Of a stretch of DNA of 64,000 bases, positions 1 to 13,917 are shown piece by piece. The notes below the pieces were generated by a model, which saw only the letters and a list, made by a program, of their open reading frames with translations, was not told the origin of the DNA and made no database searches. Source of the stretch: Strigamia acuminata (Eukaryota); NCBI GenBank assembly GCA_949358305.1, contig OX442314.1:15500001-15564000 (forward strand), read 5' to 3'. The translations under genes were made by a program, and so were the position numbers. The first letter of the stretch is position 1. Every line of letters begins with the position of its first letter.

Positions 1-3000
1 CCAACTTGTATCCATGGCAACTGAAATTAATTCTTCGTCTCTCCTCACAGTGTAAAAAAAAACCATTGACAATCTGACAAAAGATTTAAAAAAGAAGAAA
101 AAAAATGAAGAGACCAGACTTGACAAACCTACAATTGCAAAGTTGAACTCATCTTTTACTCGACCAACATTAATGCATTTCACTTTTGTTTCTTGTCACT
201 TTAAGCCAACTTAACTCTGTAAATGGATAAATGGATGACTTTAAAAACCTGCTATAAAATGGCATAAAAAGAGCCAAGCTACAATTTCAATCTGCCCAAT
301 AGGTTTTAAGATAGTTATCCAACGTTTTCTTTACGAGTTGAAGACTCCTCAAGTTCAGAAGTTAATGCACTGCTCAGTGGATCGCTCGCAGGTGATTACT
401 GGGTATAGTGAGATGAAGTAACGCTCAAATGGGCTTTTATTGGAAAGTTCAAAGAATGTATGGAACCAATCATTTTTCTTGTGCCACTCCTTTGTCTACT
501 TATCGATCACCATATGTTGGAGAAACATATTCAAAATGGAGATCCAGTTTTTCCCATCATTCATGAGGCAACAAGACATGTTTTCCAATAGAATTTAAAA
601 AATGCCATATCTTTTGTTTTAACTCGTAAAAAATTAGACTCACTTATAAAAACGAGAGGTGATTGTCGATTATTTTTGATAGGAATGGAGTAAAAAAAAT
701 TTATGCCCAATATGTCTACCTTTTAACTTTTATCTTTCTTTGCCAGGCTCTTAAACATGTCAAACTTTAATAGCCTTAGACCTAACAATTTTTCAAGTTG
801 AAATAAATTTACTGCAGTTCTTAGTAAACACTAAGAAAAAGGTAAAAAAAAAAAAAATTACATAAAAATTTTTTCCTTTCTTTTTTAAAGTACAGAAATT
901 TTTTTTGTAGAAAAACTTCTTTCTTCTATTCCTTTTTTTTTCTTTTTCTTTATTCATTATTTTAGAGCATGCTCGGATGATCATGTGTCAATTTCCATTA
1001 TCTAACAAACAACGAGTAAAATTGTAAACGGAAAAAAAAAATAATGAACTGAAAAATAAAAATAAAATAAATAAAAAATGATCAATAAATGGTACAATTC
1101 TAAATTAATGTACCAGTAATCTTTTGTAAAAGAGTGAAATCAATACCACTTCATAGTTATGTCTATTGAATAAAGAATAAAAAAATATTTCAATCTTTAG
1201 TTATTAAACTTAAAGAGGAAAAAAAAATAAATAGAAAAAAAGTTCATATTTTCTCAGTAAATAAACCAAGAAAAGAAATGTAAAAAATGTTTGCATTAAT
1301 TAAAATTTTCCCATTTTTTCTCATCAACAAGTTGAAAGTTCAAAATCTAATTAAAAACTTTTTTTAAAAAAAGAGAAGAAACCTCAGTGCTTACTTAGTA
1401 AGCAATAATCAGCAAGTTCCAAATAAGCAAATGATAAAACGTCTGAAACTAAAAGCACAGCAGTCAAGCACAACGATTAGAGCAAATCTTCGTAGGTTTT
1501 GAGACGAGACTTGCAATGAATACGATCCCGCACTCGCATTAAAGATGAATCCAAATTTACATTTTCAATCTAAAATTAACGCTATATCAATAGAGATACA
1601 GTTATTACGCTCACTGAATAAAATCAAACACACAATCTAATCTCGAGTTGCTTAACTCCACTATAGCTATTTACATTCTAGAGTGGACCGAGTCCGTTTC
1701 CATTGCACCATAAACAAACACAACACGAACTGCAAACATCAAGTCGTGTATTAGATGAAAAGAAAAAGAGTTTGAGATAAATGTAAGGCAAGTCATTGAA
1801 TGATTTCAATGCAAATAAGAGCTTTTCGCACGATACGCATACTGTGGCCTAACATTTAACCCCTACCGGGCACTTAAGCCGTCTTATCGCTCGGCACAGC
1901 TTTATGTGTTTGCTCGACGTCCAGGCTCCTTCCACACAAAGACTTTACAGTCCTTGAAAATGGCAAAGAAAGCACACAACATTTTTTCTAAACTTTTACA
2001 TCCAAACACACTCGAAAAAAGAAAAATCATTCAAATTTATAAATTTTTAATTACGTTTTCTCGCACGTCAGCTCTGCTGTTCCATATCTTGATGCTAATT
2101 GCAAATGACAAACTTGACAAACGTAAAAAAAAAAAGTTGAATATCTATGCATTAAAATGTGCTGGCGTCTCTTTTTCAATGCTGTCAAATTATGGCAAAA
2201 CAAGTAGAAAGTATAAACATTAATTTTGCAATCAATCAGAAAACTAACCAAAGCAAGCTACTTGACAGCACTTCAAATTACACCAAACATTACTTACAGT
2301 AGAAAAGTGCAGGGCACTGGCTGTTATCATCGCACCAGCCAGACCTAATCGTGTTATTTAAGTCGTTTGTAGTGGATGGACGTAGAAATGCAATTGGAAT
2401 GCATGCCAACAACATCACACATCTTGAATCATGAATGTCAATCTAATCAGCCATGACGGTTTTATCGATTCTCCCAATTTGGCGATTTGGGAGTCCTGTC
2501 AGTGCCCTTTTTTCCCTCGTCAAATATCCTTGTCTACCGGCAAATCTCGTATCCACTAAATCAATATTTTGCGGAAAAAATGGAAAGACCAAACAAAAGG
2601 AACAACCAAAATCCAATGTGCATCAATGACGTTTCATTTAATTTTTCATTTGCTTTTACTCAAACAAACTGACAACTTGGATGTTTTTTTTTTCTTTCCC
2701 ATTTTAAAGTGAACCCACACAAACACAAAATCCCAGCGGCTTTGCTTTTGCTCTCATTTCTCTACTTCTGTTGTTTATTTATTTACTCTCAACTTATTCA
2801 TTCTGTTTGATCTAAACAAAACGCAAAAAACCAAAAATACTTATTCCATCTTAAATTTTTTTTCTTCAAACAAAAATGTTTGCTGACCGAAACATCAAAA
2901 TATATTTTAAACTTCATAAAAATAACATGAAAACATCGTTACAACCGAGCGAATTAATTTTGCGAAGGAAAGTAGCAAAGAAGACCTCCAAAGGCAGAAG

Positions 3001-3981
3001 GCACCCTCAAAAGCAAATTAAATCTATGTGACTTGGGCATTATTGCACTTATATATCATCTTGACGTCCAAAATTAGCTCCCTGCACGGACAAACGTCCA
3101 GATGAATGAACTGCACAGTTATCACCCACACACACTTATCATCACTTCTTCTACTAGTCAGCATCTTTTCTAGCAAATGGCTTACATATGCCGCCTATGG
3201 CGGCATCTGCTGCCATCTGTCACATATTGGGTGTTGAGCTCATGAGTCGCGCGTACCCACCCACCCACATACCTACACCAGCAATCCCATGTCATTGATT
3301 ACTTCCAACTTATAAACTGTTACACCAAGAGAATCCATGTAATTACTTCAACATAAAAAAAGGATAAAAAAAATCTTTCTTGGAAACTTAAAGACATAAC
3401 ATCTTAAAAAGTGCCATTTTCAGCAGCAATAAAATTCACATACAACTTCCTACTGGAAAAACTACGGAAACATAAAAATCCAACACACATTTCTCTAGGG
3501 CTAAGTACAAAACCCAATAGCAAAAAATAAACTTTTTTACTAGAGACGTTCTCTTGCCACAAACGACGAGGCAAAATCAAAGTTGGAATAAAAATGGGAG
3601 TCTCCCACTGAGTCCTGTGCCCGTTTATCACGACAGTCTACTCCCTCCCCCAATAGGCAAAAGCAACGTAAATCAAACGCCATGTACTGTAAAACCTATG
3701 CCTTAGTGGTGAAGCAATAAAACAGAAAACAAACGTACGTACAACTAAAACACATATTGCGTGGATTTAGACCATTTCAATCTCTTGTTGCCGTAATGTT
3801 TCTCTACTAATTAGTAACTCATATTTCGTGACTGTAAAAGAAAGCAAAAGTGATCGGTGGTAGCGATTAAATAGCTTAATGTCCTTCACCGAAAATAAAA
3901 TAAAAAATAAACTGCAATGTTTATTCTGCACTTCACTCGCATTTATTTGAACAAATCTGTTTGTCTGTCTGCGCGTCCGAG

Positions 3982-4449
3982 TGTCACACTGTGAGAGTGG
4001 ATGGACACCACCTGGCTTAAGGTCGCCCAGATAGTGTCGGACGCACGACACGGTATTGAAAGTGACATAAAGAACTGTGTTTTTTGGTTTAGGAGGTTTT
4101 ATTCAGTGTCTAGGGGTCAGTGTATCATGTCTTTTCCCATTGCTTGCACCACGTGGACAGCATGGTCAGTTTGCCATTGTTTATGTTGGGTCAGAAACCC
4201 CTGCCCATGGGTCACTCCCGGTACTGAGAACGGGAACGGCCCATTCTCTAAGCGTCAACATGGTGTACTAGAGTGGAATAGGACCAAGATGCTTGTCTAG
4301 TGGTCCTATGTGCACCGATTGTCCGACCCGAGTTGGACCCATGTACAGTCCACTCTTGCACCATTTTGCTTGCACCTTTCCCATTGGTTCCTGAAGAAGA
4401 CTTCCGGAACCAGCAATTCCTCCTGGCTGGCATAGGGAACTGTGTTACA
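3982..4449 (-). mobile_element. Possible solo LTR (468 bp)
   Basis: GC-raised block bounded by TGTCACAC...GTGTTACA. Minus-strand AATAAA at 4098-4103, about 115 bp from the end. No TSD found. Confidence 0.45.
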
Positions 4450-5268
4450 CATGACCGAAAACCGGTCATGTGAGTTCGATTGGCTCTCAGCGATCACCTG
4501 ACTGTGAGCGCCAATTGAAACGTCGGAAAAACTCCTTTTGCTGCAGGCGTTTATACTTCCGACTAAAATTCAAAATGGTGTCCACCTTTTTAGAAAATTT
4601 TCAAAATGGCATCCAAATGCCATTCAAGTTTAAATACAAAATTTAAAACAGCATCCTTATCTAATTGGACGCGATATCCTTTTCAACATGAGTCTAAATT
4701 GACCAAAACGACTAAATTAAATATCTAAATTAAAGAAAACGATTGAATTCAATACTAAAATCTAGGTTCTGTCAATGTAAAATGCAAAATTCAAAATGGC
4801 ACCCATATCCAAATAGAACAAAAATATAACTGGCATATAAATTAAAATATGAAACATTCAAAATAGCGTCCAACTAAAACTTTACTCATTACTTCGTGCA
4901 TTTGCACGGGTCACAGTTAGTGCTAGATAAATGCACACTCAATTTGGTGCACCAACCGTGGTAATTTCGTGAATTAAATTTGAGATTGTATTCAATAAAG
5001 CCTGGAAGGTGTTTTAAAGAGAGTGTACAACCAATTTCAGTATGATTACAGTCAAATCGCATTGCATCCAGAATCGCTACGTGCATTACACTTCGAATAT
5101 TCCAATTTTGCAATTTTCCATTTTAACTTAAGCTTTATCACATCATATAAACCACATATCGTCTGCGCCTGCGCCCATGGTTTTGTGGCTTGATGTTAAA
5201 TTCAAACTGCAGATTCTTTTTACGCTCACGAAAACACAATACCCAAAAATTCCTTGCGGACTTGCGGT

Positions 5269-5434
5269 CAGTGCTGGACTGGCCCGGCGGGCTACCGGGA
5301 ATTTCCCGGTGGCCTGTGGCCTGGTGGCCCGGTGACGGGCCCACCGTGGACCGTCCCTGGCCCACCGTAGTCTGTCCCTGTGGCCCGACACATCTAGATT
5401 TCCCGGTACTAAATTTGTACCCAGTCCAGCCCTG
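5269..5434. mobile_element. hAT-type MITE (166 bp, GC-rich)
   Basis: TIRs CAGTGCTGGACTGG / CCAGTCCAGCCCTG. Perfect 8-bp TSD CTTGCGGT (5261-5268, 5435-5442). Internal GGCCC repeats. Confidence 0.92.
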
Positions 5435-8400
5435 CTTGCGGTGAACAAGTGAAGCAAGTGGCAATGCTCGTGCTTGTTGTTATTTTAAAAAAAAATCACT
5501 ATTAGTTGCGTTTGCATGGACGCCAGAAAGGAATTTTCATTCTGAATTAGCATCAAGACGTCGGGCGCAAACAATAGAATGATTTATCGAATCAAAATGT
5601 ATCTATTTCCATACATTATGCCTCAATCAGCCAACAAAACAACGCAGAATCACCACCAAATTCTGAATAGAATAAAAATACTCAATATTTCAATACAATT
5701 AATTCAAATTGAGATTAAACACTCGTTTGCCAACATTTCCTGTACATTCAATGACACCAATATCGGCATCAAACCTCCCGATTTTACATTTGAACCAACC
5801 TTTAGAAAAATATGTAAATAAAAATTCAAAATATCAACCCTCAAACAAACTCCCAAGCTAAATTTTCAAATAAATGCGACTTAAAACAAAAGCCTTTGGC
5901 AAAATTCGGAGATCTGCTTTTCCTTAGAAAAACAATTCTTTCAACTGCGGTATTCATTCAACTGATAACATTAACATACAAACTCCATTCCAAGTTCTTT
6001 ATCGTTATGACATATTCAACGTCTTTGCAAGACCAAGTGCCGCCCACGCAGCCAATGTGAAATATATTCTAAGATGATTCCGCCTTGAGGGCGTGACACG
6101 GAACTATGGTGAGAGACGGGCAAAAGGAGACGGGAGATGTTCACAGCAGACCGTGTTCCCAGTCACTCTTATCTGATTGCTTCTTCGCGACCCGGAACCT
6201 TCCGGAAGCCGCCCTCTTGCGGGAGGAGGTATCAGTGGAAATTCTCCAGCAAACAACCTCTGATCGATATGTGGGCAAACCACTCAAAAACTCACTCCCG
6301 CATTTCACTTGCCCTTTTTACTCCCTCCTCTTCTCTTCTTTTTTTCCACCCCAATGATTTTTTTCAACAATTTTTTTGTTTAAATTTATCAAAAACCAAT
6401 TTTTTAATCATTCTCCTCCCCCGCCCATTTAATATCCAGAAATTATGTTGACCAGTGTCACCGAGGATTCAAAATATAGTGTTATTAAATCGTAACTTTG
6501 GCGTCATTCCAAAAGTTAAAAAATATTGGCAAAAATTCTTGCCGAAATTGCATATTAAAAGACATGAGAAAATTAGATATTAAGCGCCTCTCTACTTACA
6601 ACAACCATCTCCTTTGCTGCCTGTCTGTCATAAAAGCAGGCTTCTCTTGTCGCTTTCAGGCAGGTTTTGTGAGGCGGAAACTTAATTCATTTTATCATTA
6701 CACAAGCTTAGGGATGAAGGTTTCACGAAAATCCAGATACAATAATGCTCAAACAGCAATTTAAATTTCAAACGATAACCAAAAAACATTTATTCAATTT
6801 GATAAATTCCTTAAACCAGAAATCCAACGCCCCTCCCCCCCCTTCCCCCCTCATTTTGATCAGGTACTTCGCTTTACCTAAGCGGATTTCGCGGTTGTTC
6901 ACAGAACAGTTAATTGATGATTCCAGTCTAAAACCATTACTCAGTGAACGAGAGAATGAACAGTGTAAATACTAATTCCATCAGCTTATTGGTAATTACA
7001 CGCTTTCCTTTAAAAAAAAACTAGTTACGGTAATTTATTTCTCCGAATTTCTGTTACAAACATTTCAAACATGCACTCCATACACTCTGGGCTTTGCGCG
7101 CACAAATTCATTATATTTATGGCCATGCATGTGAGAGCAAACGCAAGACAACTAACTTTATTACGTCGAACCAACAAATTAATGATTTATGTCGTTGGAT
7201 TTAGCCATATATAACTTGCTCCTTGAACCGTATCCATCCCAATTACATTCAACATCATTTAGCACCACCTTATCGCCACGCGAAAGTATAAATCGTGCTT
7301 AAATCCACAAGCAGCAATAATCTATAGCCACCTATTTGTCAGTATAAACATTATTGTATAGTGGTGTATAATTTATTTTTACTTATAACGTTACAGGAGC
7401 GAAAAAAAGCGAAACTCATATCCGTTTATCATTTTTCTATGTTCAATACGCCATTAATTTTTCAAGTAGAATAGAAAAGCCATTCACGTACAGATGTTCT
7501 GCAAATTCATCTTTACTTTCCGCGTTTACAAAGAATAAAGAAACTTCGTATAATTTAATTTGCTTTTAAATATTACTTTTTTTATTTTGTTCAAATCGAA
7601 ATTTATGCAATGAATACTTTATCCGAAACATTTGAATGCTTCTCACGTAAATGTACAATAAATCAAATCGCAGTGCGAAATGAATTATCTATCAGTGCTT
7701 CCCTGTCAAACTAATACACTTCAATTAATAATGATCGTATTAAACACGAAACCAAATTAAAAAAAAAAAAAACCACTGTATGCTAATTCTGGATTATTCA
7801 CCTCGTACCCATTCCTGCAAGTAATTTTGACTTCTGATCTACCACATAATTACGTGGAATTCACTTTTGACCCGTGCACTACTCATCGTTGTTTGACATC
7901 TCTATATTGTTAGTAGTTGCACGAAACTCCACACAAACATTGATGAGGTTCCCAAAGTTTTAATCCGGCATTACTAACAACTATCATTAGGAAAGCAAGT
8001 AAAAAAATTATTGGAAATTGTTGCCATTTGTCCTTCGCAAAAAAATCAAATTTTCCACTCTTTGGAAACGTGTAACGACGAAATAACGATAAATAGCCAA
8101 TTATTTTTTCCAGTAACAACAAATAACCACACAAAACTAGTCTCACTAAGTATATTTATCAGCTCTGATTACGAGTCTTTGAAAAAAAAATTTACATTTC
8201 ATATAGCCAATGCCTTATTCATGAATCCGTTTCAACCGGTCTATTAATTGCGCTCTCTTCACCGCAACACGTCGACTAAAACTGACAGAGCCGCGGGCAA
8301 GCGTGGATGTAATCCTCTCTGGGTGGCCAATTAGAGGCCTCTTTCTTTAATTGTGCGACTCTACTTTAAGTGTATTGCTTCGCTTGCAGTCAAAATGATC

Positions 8401-8520
8401 CTCATTCAACTTGTCTTTTATGAGAGGCACTTTTCCTACATCTACACTAACAGGAAATCCTTCTAACCAGCAGAAAAGACACTTTTGCCACTCTGATCTC
8501 CTTCCTTTTGATGTCCTATA

Positions 8521-10167
8521 CAAGTGAGAAGCATAAGTTTGGAAACTTAGCTTAATTCAAAAATTTGAGTTTAGTTAGTTTGTGATTATGAGAAAACAAA
8601 CAATCAAAGGATATTAAGCTTATAACATTTTATTAATGTAGCATAGAGCTTTCCAAAAATCTAAATGTTTTCAAAAAAATCAAATAAATAACATAAATAT
8701 GTTGAATTGTATTCACCCCCTGGTGAAGCAGAAGTCTGGAAACTCGCTCTATCTGTTGCATAAGTTTAGAAACTTGAGTGATTAAGCTATAAATATTTCA
8801 AATTAGTAGAGTAATACCTAAATATTTGGTGGGATATCCTTTTGCCTTTATTACCGCAGCAAGTCGCTTAGGCATTGATGACGTAAGCTTGACACATTCA
8901 TCTGCTGTAACTGTTTTCCAGATTTCAGTGATTGCAGCTGTAAGCTCTGTCTTATTTGCTGGTTTTCGAGCTTGCAAACGTTTTTTCATTTTATTCCATA
9001 CATTTAAGTCTGGGGAATTACCTGGCCATGATAAAACGTTTATTCTTTTTTGTTCAAACCATTTTGTTGTAGTTTTGGCAGTATGGCAGGAAACCCCATC
9101 TTGCTGAAAGATCAATTTGCGACGTACTCTTAGGTTTTTCATTGATGGTAGTAAACCTTCCTCTAGTATTTGCTGGTATTTTAATGCATTTATGGTCCCT
9201 TCCACAAATTTTAATTCTCCTGGACCTTTAGAGGCCATGCAACCCCAGACCATTACTCCAAGTGGATGCTTAACAGTGGTTTTCAGACATTTAGGGTGAT
9301 ATTCTTGTCCTTTTTTCCTCCAAACTCGAGTTCCTTGGTCCTCAAATGATAAACAGAATTTTGATTCATCCGAAAAAACCACTGAATTCCACATTTCAGC
9401 AGTCCAGTTCAAATGTTCTTTGACCCATGCAATTTGTTTTTTATTTAGGTAAGGTTTTCTATTTGGTACTCTAGATCTGTATCCCATATCTTTAAGGCGT
9501 CATATCACCGTGTCTTTTGATACATGAATATTGGCTTCAGTGTTCCATTTCTGACGCAATTCATTGGCAGTTAACTTTGGTTGTTTTGACACAACTTTTC
9601 TCAGATTCGATTTTCACGAGTTAGTTGTGCATTGGGGCCTTCCAGGTCGTTTTTTCACTGGTTTTATCTGTCCACCATCATCTTGAATTCGTTTCAAACA
9701 TTTACACACGCATGATGTAGATATTTGAAGGTGGTCAGCAATTTCAGCCAATGTTTTCTTCTTTGCACGCATATTCATGGCAATTCGCTTTTCATCCATA
9801 CTCAACTATGGTGCTTTGCCCATTATCACACTAGAGATGTTAGCTGCATCAAAAACAACTGTTTTCTTGCTTTTGTGAAATTATGCAAATGAGTTTACAA
9901 GGGAAATCACGGAAGTTTCTAAACTTATGCAACAGATGGAGCGAGTTTCCAGACTTCTGCTTCACCAGGGGGTGAATGCAATTCAACATATTTATGTTAT
10001 TTATTTGATTTTTTTGAAAACATTTAGATTTTTGGAAAGCTCTATGCTACATTAATAAAATGTTATAAGCTTAATATCCATTGATTGTTTGTTTTCTCAT
10101 AATCACAAACTAACTAAACTCAAATTTTTGAATTCAGCCAAGTTTCCAAACTTATGCTTCTCACTTG
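8521..10167 (-). mobile_element. Tc1-family (DD34E) DNA transposon of the IR/DR type, defective
   Basis: 255-bp TIRs (8521-8775, 9913-10167; about 5 mismatches by eye). TA on both sides (8519-8520, 10168-10169). 18-bp direct repeats GCATAAGTTTRGAAACTT at both ends of each TIR. Transposase inside. Confidence 0.97.
8798..9823 (-). pseudogene. Tc1 transposase pseudogene
   Basis: Starts MGKAP* at 9823. HTH region with RPGRP, then VVFSDESKF, VMVWGC, FQQDG, WPGNSPDLN and GYPTKY. Contains in-frame stops, frameshifts near 9600-9620 and loss of the PIEN motif. Confidence 0.93.
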
Positions 10168-12110
10168 TAAAGATCTAAGTAAACAACAAGCAGGGGGTTC
10201 AAGTGGACGTGAAATTATTCTTTCTCACTTTTTTATGTCCGCTTACATTCTCTATTTTTATTTGTATTTTTATGTACCATTTACCTCCATAAATAAATAT
10301 TGAGAAAACACTTTTTATCTCTAACAACAACAAAAAAAAAACCACTGCAAATACGTAAATAAAAAAAGTGGAAAAAATTAAAAAATATTTACTATCGATC
10401 CAATTTTTATTGGAAAACCAATAAAAAGTTGAGAGAGGAAAAAAATACTAGATCTATTTATAACCCTTGGCATTGCCTCTACTTTAAAGTATGAAGTGTG
10501 AGAATGCCAGTGACACCGAGTGGAAATTGGAAAACGAATGGGACAAGAAGTATAAAGGAAAATATAGGACGAAAGAGGGAAAAAAATGGGAAAATGTAGT
10601 CACGTTCGGATCGGAGAGAAGCGGGAATGTCGCTAAAACACCGATCACTTCTCGTTATGAGTCGAAGCATTGCACGGATGCTTCGTTCACATATTAGGTG
10701 AGATGACAAGAGAACAGAACGATTTACTAGGGATGAAAAGAGGTTCAGCGCACTCCTCCTAAATGACCACGTGCCCACGAGTGTGAAGGAGACACCAAGG
10801 TCACAAATAATGTAGGAAATCGACTCCTTTCCCATCTATTTTTTATGTTCCAATAGTGGCTCTTCAATTTCGAGGATACAGTTTATTTCCACAGTTTTTC
10901 CAAATGACTTATTCGCTCCTTGCACTCCTCCCCTGGTTTCAAGCAAAACCGCGCCCTAAATAACCTGATAAAATGTACATCATTCCCTTGCATATAAATT
11001 AGACATTTCTACCTCTATTTCAATTTCACCCACTTCAATACGGATGCAAAATAGCTACGATCAAGAAAGAGCCACAAGCTGCGATAGTCTCGACTGGTGC
11101 AATTAGTGACTCATCACAACATAACCTTCAGAACGTGCGAATAACACCGTCATATCCTCCCCCACTTTCTCCCTCTTTCCTTTCCTCCTCTTGGCGTTAT
11201 CTTAATGTGGGTGTCATTAAAAATGCACCAACCGCCAGTGCACACACTCCACTCTCCAGCCTCAACTAACTAACCAAGTGTCAGGGGAACCGCATTTTCA
11301 TTAAATTAAACACGTCATTTAAAAGATACATTTTTCTTTTCTTTTTTCAATTTACTTTGATCGATTCAAAGATACTTTTCCCTCGCCTTCAAACGTCCCT
11401 TTAAATTAAACCTTTTAAATCCACTCAGGACCCATATGGGTCCGTTTGACCTTGTAGACTCCACTAGGAAGGGTCAGTCCGGAGCAGTTTTTTCCGTGCT
11501 GACCCGCATTGACCTCGTGGGGTAGTTGAGGCCACTATCCTCCCTCCCTCAGTGCATTGATGTTTGTCAATGGGCAAACGTCAGCCCTAAGAGGGCGAGG
11601 AGTACTCTACTCATTCCGCATTGGATGATTCCGGTCACCTGATGAGACCCTTTTGTACAAGAAGGGCAGAACCAACACAGAATATACCAAGAGCACACGT
11701 ATCCTACCAAAACCCCGTCCTACCAGTCAGGCCTTTATCAGACGAAAAGGAGTGATATAGAACAAAGGATTCATCAAACTTGAGTTACATTGCTTTCTGA
11801 GTAATCTCCGCAGTTTTGCTAACTGCGATAACAAATTAGCAACAACACTTTGGCAGAATTTTCCATCACCGTGGAAAACAGCCAAGAAAGTGTTACCAGC
11901 AGCCATTAGCGCCTCGTGAGGAAAACGCCTCACGACTGCTATTGCTGCGCGAAGGAGGAGACGAAATATACCTTAGACAACATCAGGCCCAGAGAACACA
12001 GAAGTAAGACAAAGACGACCCCTAGATGACAAAGACGAACCAGCACACCCGAGGCAAACGTGTGAGCATACCCGGTCGCCAACTTGGATCGCCTTTGAAG
12101 TTAGACAATA

Positions 12111-12327
12111 TACTCAAAACCACCACAACGTTGATCTATTACAGCCTGTTTACGCCTAACTGTGAACTATACTACGTGGAAAAGTAGTTCTGTATCAAAA
12201 CATCACCTTTGACAATGTTGGTAATCGATCACAATGTCTGGAGTTCGAGTACAATTCTGGTATTATGAGCTACTTTTTTGTGTTCCTACACCAGTGAAAC
12301 AAATCAACATTGTGGTGGTTTTGAGTA
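12111..12327. mobile_element. MITE with TA-type target (Tc1/mariner-like)
   Basis: About 25-bp TIRs TACTCAAAACCACCACAACGTTGAT / ATCAACATTGTGGTGGTTTTGAGTA (1 mismatch), flanked by TA on both sides. Confidence 0.8.
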
Positions 12328-13917
12328 TAGATATTTTATTATTGCATTATTTGATGTATAGCTTACGAGCTTACTGTTAAAAAACGACTGTTATATTTTA
12401 ACTAACGTATTCTATTAATTGGGTACCTGTTAGTAGTAACAGGTTCAAGGTAAGTGATTAATTCAGTTCAATTGCACGACAGTGAAGCAGCCCTCTCGTT
12501 CTCAAGGCGAATTAAAGGAACCAAGAGACCGAGCACGACAACCTCACAGTCAACTACTTTGAGCCCACATTAGTGACCATGAAGACGAGTCTTAGAATTC
12601 ACGTGATGTCTTGCCAAGCTACTGGTAAAGCCAGGTTGCGGGAGGAGAGAATTCATTACCCAACCAATACCTTTTGGTCCTTTCCTTTCCTGCAGTCTTA
12701 ACTTGGGTCTTAATTACCCTGGCTATCACCTCGAGCAACTTTCTTCTAACACACATCCAATCACTCGAGCAGCATAGCAATGTCTCAAGGCTCTGCTTCA
12801 CGGAAACTGAGCAAACTTCTTAACGAGATGAAGCAATTAACTTCAGATTTAAAACAATAAAAAAAATTAATTTCTTTTTAAAACTTTTTTTTAGAAAAGA
12901 GGGGAATTTTGCAGGAAAAAAAAGAAAAAAAAGAAAAAGAAGAGGAGAGGAGAAAGAAGAAAGAAAATGAAAAACCTTTAATCCCTTATTTTATCATTAA
13001 AAAAAGGGTAACAAAAAAGTAAATGAGAAGCTATTTATCATCTTAAAATAAGACAGTTATTACTTGACTTAATAACCTAACCAAATGGACCACTTTAATA
13101 TAAAAAGTGACAATTTTGCTTCAATGCACCAACTAATCACTAGTCTGTTGGCTGGCTCACAAAAGCAAATATAATTTCCATGCTATGGCCATATGGTTGC
13201 CTAATAACAACTAATGAGCGTCTACCGCACGGTTTATTTGCCATGAGAAGTGAGGCAAAGAGCAGAACACGAAGAAGCAAGATTGGCGCTGATGAAGTTC
13301 TATTCCATTACTCTCGCCCGTTCGGAGTTGCACTTAGACAACACAACACATGAGAGAAAGAAAGAGAAAAATAATGACTAAAAATCTCATCCGGCCTCAG
13401 TGGTTTCAGAGCAAAGTCTTAAATAGTTAGCTCATTACCCTGATTTCTTTGGGGAAAAATTAAATGAATATATTTTTAAATTACAAAAAAAAAATCAATT
13501 TAAAGCAGAAAAAAACTGTTATAACGATGAAAAATTGGATATTTTGCCAAGTTATAATGCAAAATATTAATTATATTAATAGGCAATAAATGTTAATTGA
13601 AGGCTTGTCCAATTTATTAATAACTATCTTTTACTTTAAAGAAAAAATACAAGGGAGAGGACTTGACCCTTTCTCCCAGTTCAATTTTAAAGAACTGAAG
13701 AAAAAATACCAATGTCATTCAGAAGTAAAAACTTTTATTTACTGAGAATTACAATCATCGAGGAATGTGGTAGATCAACTTATTGGCGATCTGTAAAAAG
13801 CTAAATAAACATAAAAAACAAATGTTGTACGGGTGGAGCAATCTTTTCAACAAAAGCGATGGAAAATAAAAACCTTTATTGCCAATTAATATTATTAATA
13901 TTTTGTATCAGAACTTA

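Noticed and set aside
1856..1897. piggyBac-like end (TTAACCCCT plus GCCG/CGGC)
   Set aside because: No matching opposite end found.
3188..3206. Hairpin ATGCCGCC-TAT-GGCGGCAT
   Set aside because: An 8-bp stem with no supporting context (no Helitron CTRR end, no repeat).
5138..5464. Three overlapping ORFs of 84-108 aa
   Set aside because: Caused by the stop-poor, GC-rich hAT MITE.
11639..11680. Active hammerhead ribozyme
   Set aside because: GAAA is not intact and stems I and III could not be built. Kept only as a hint within the island finding.
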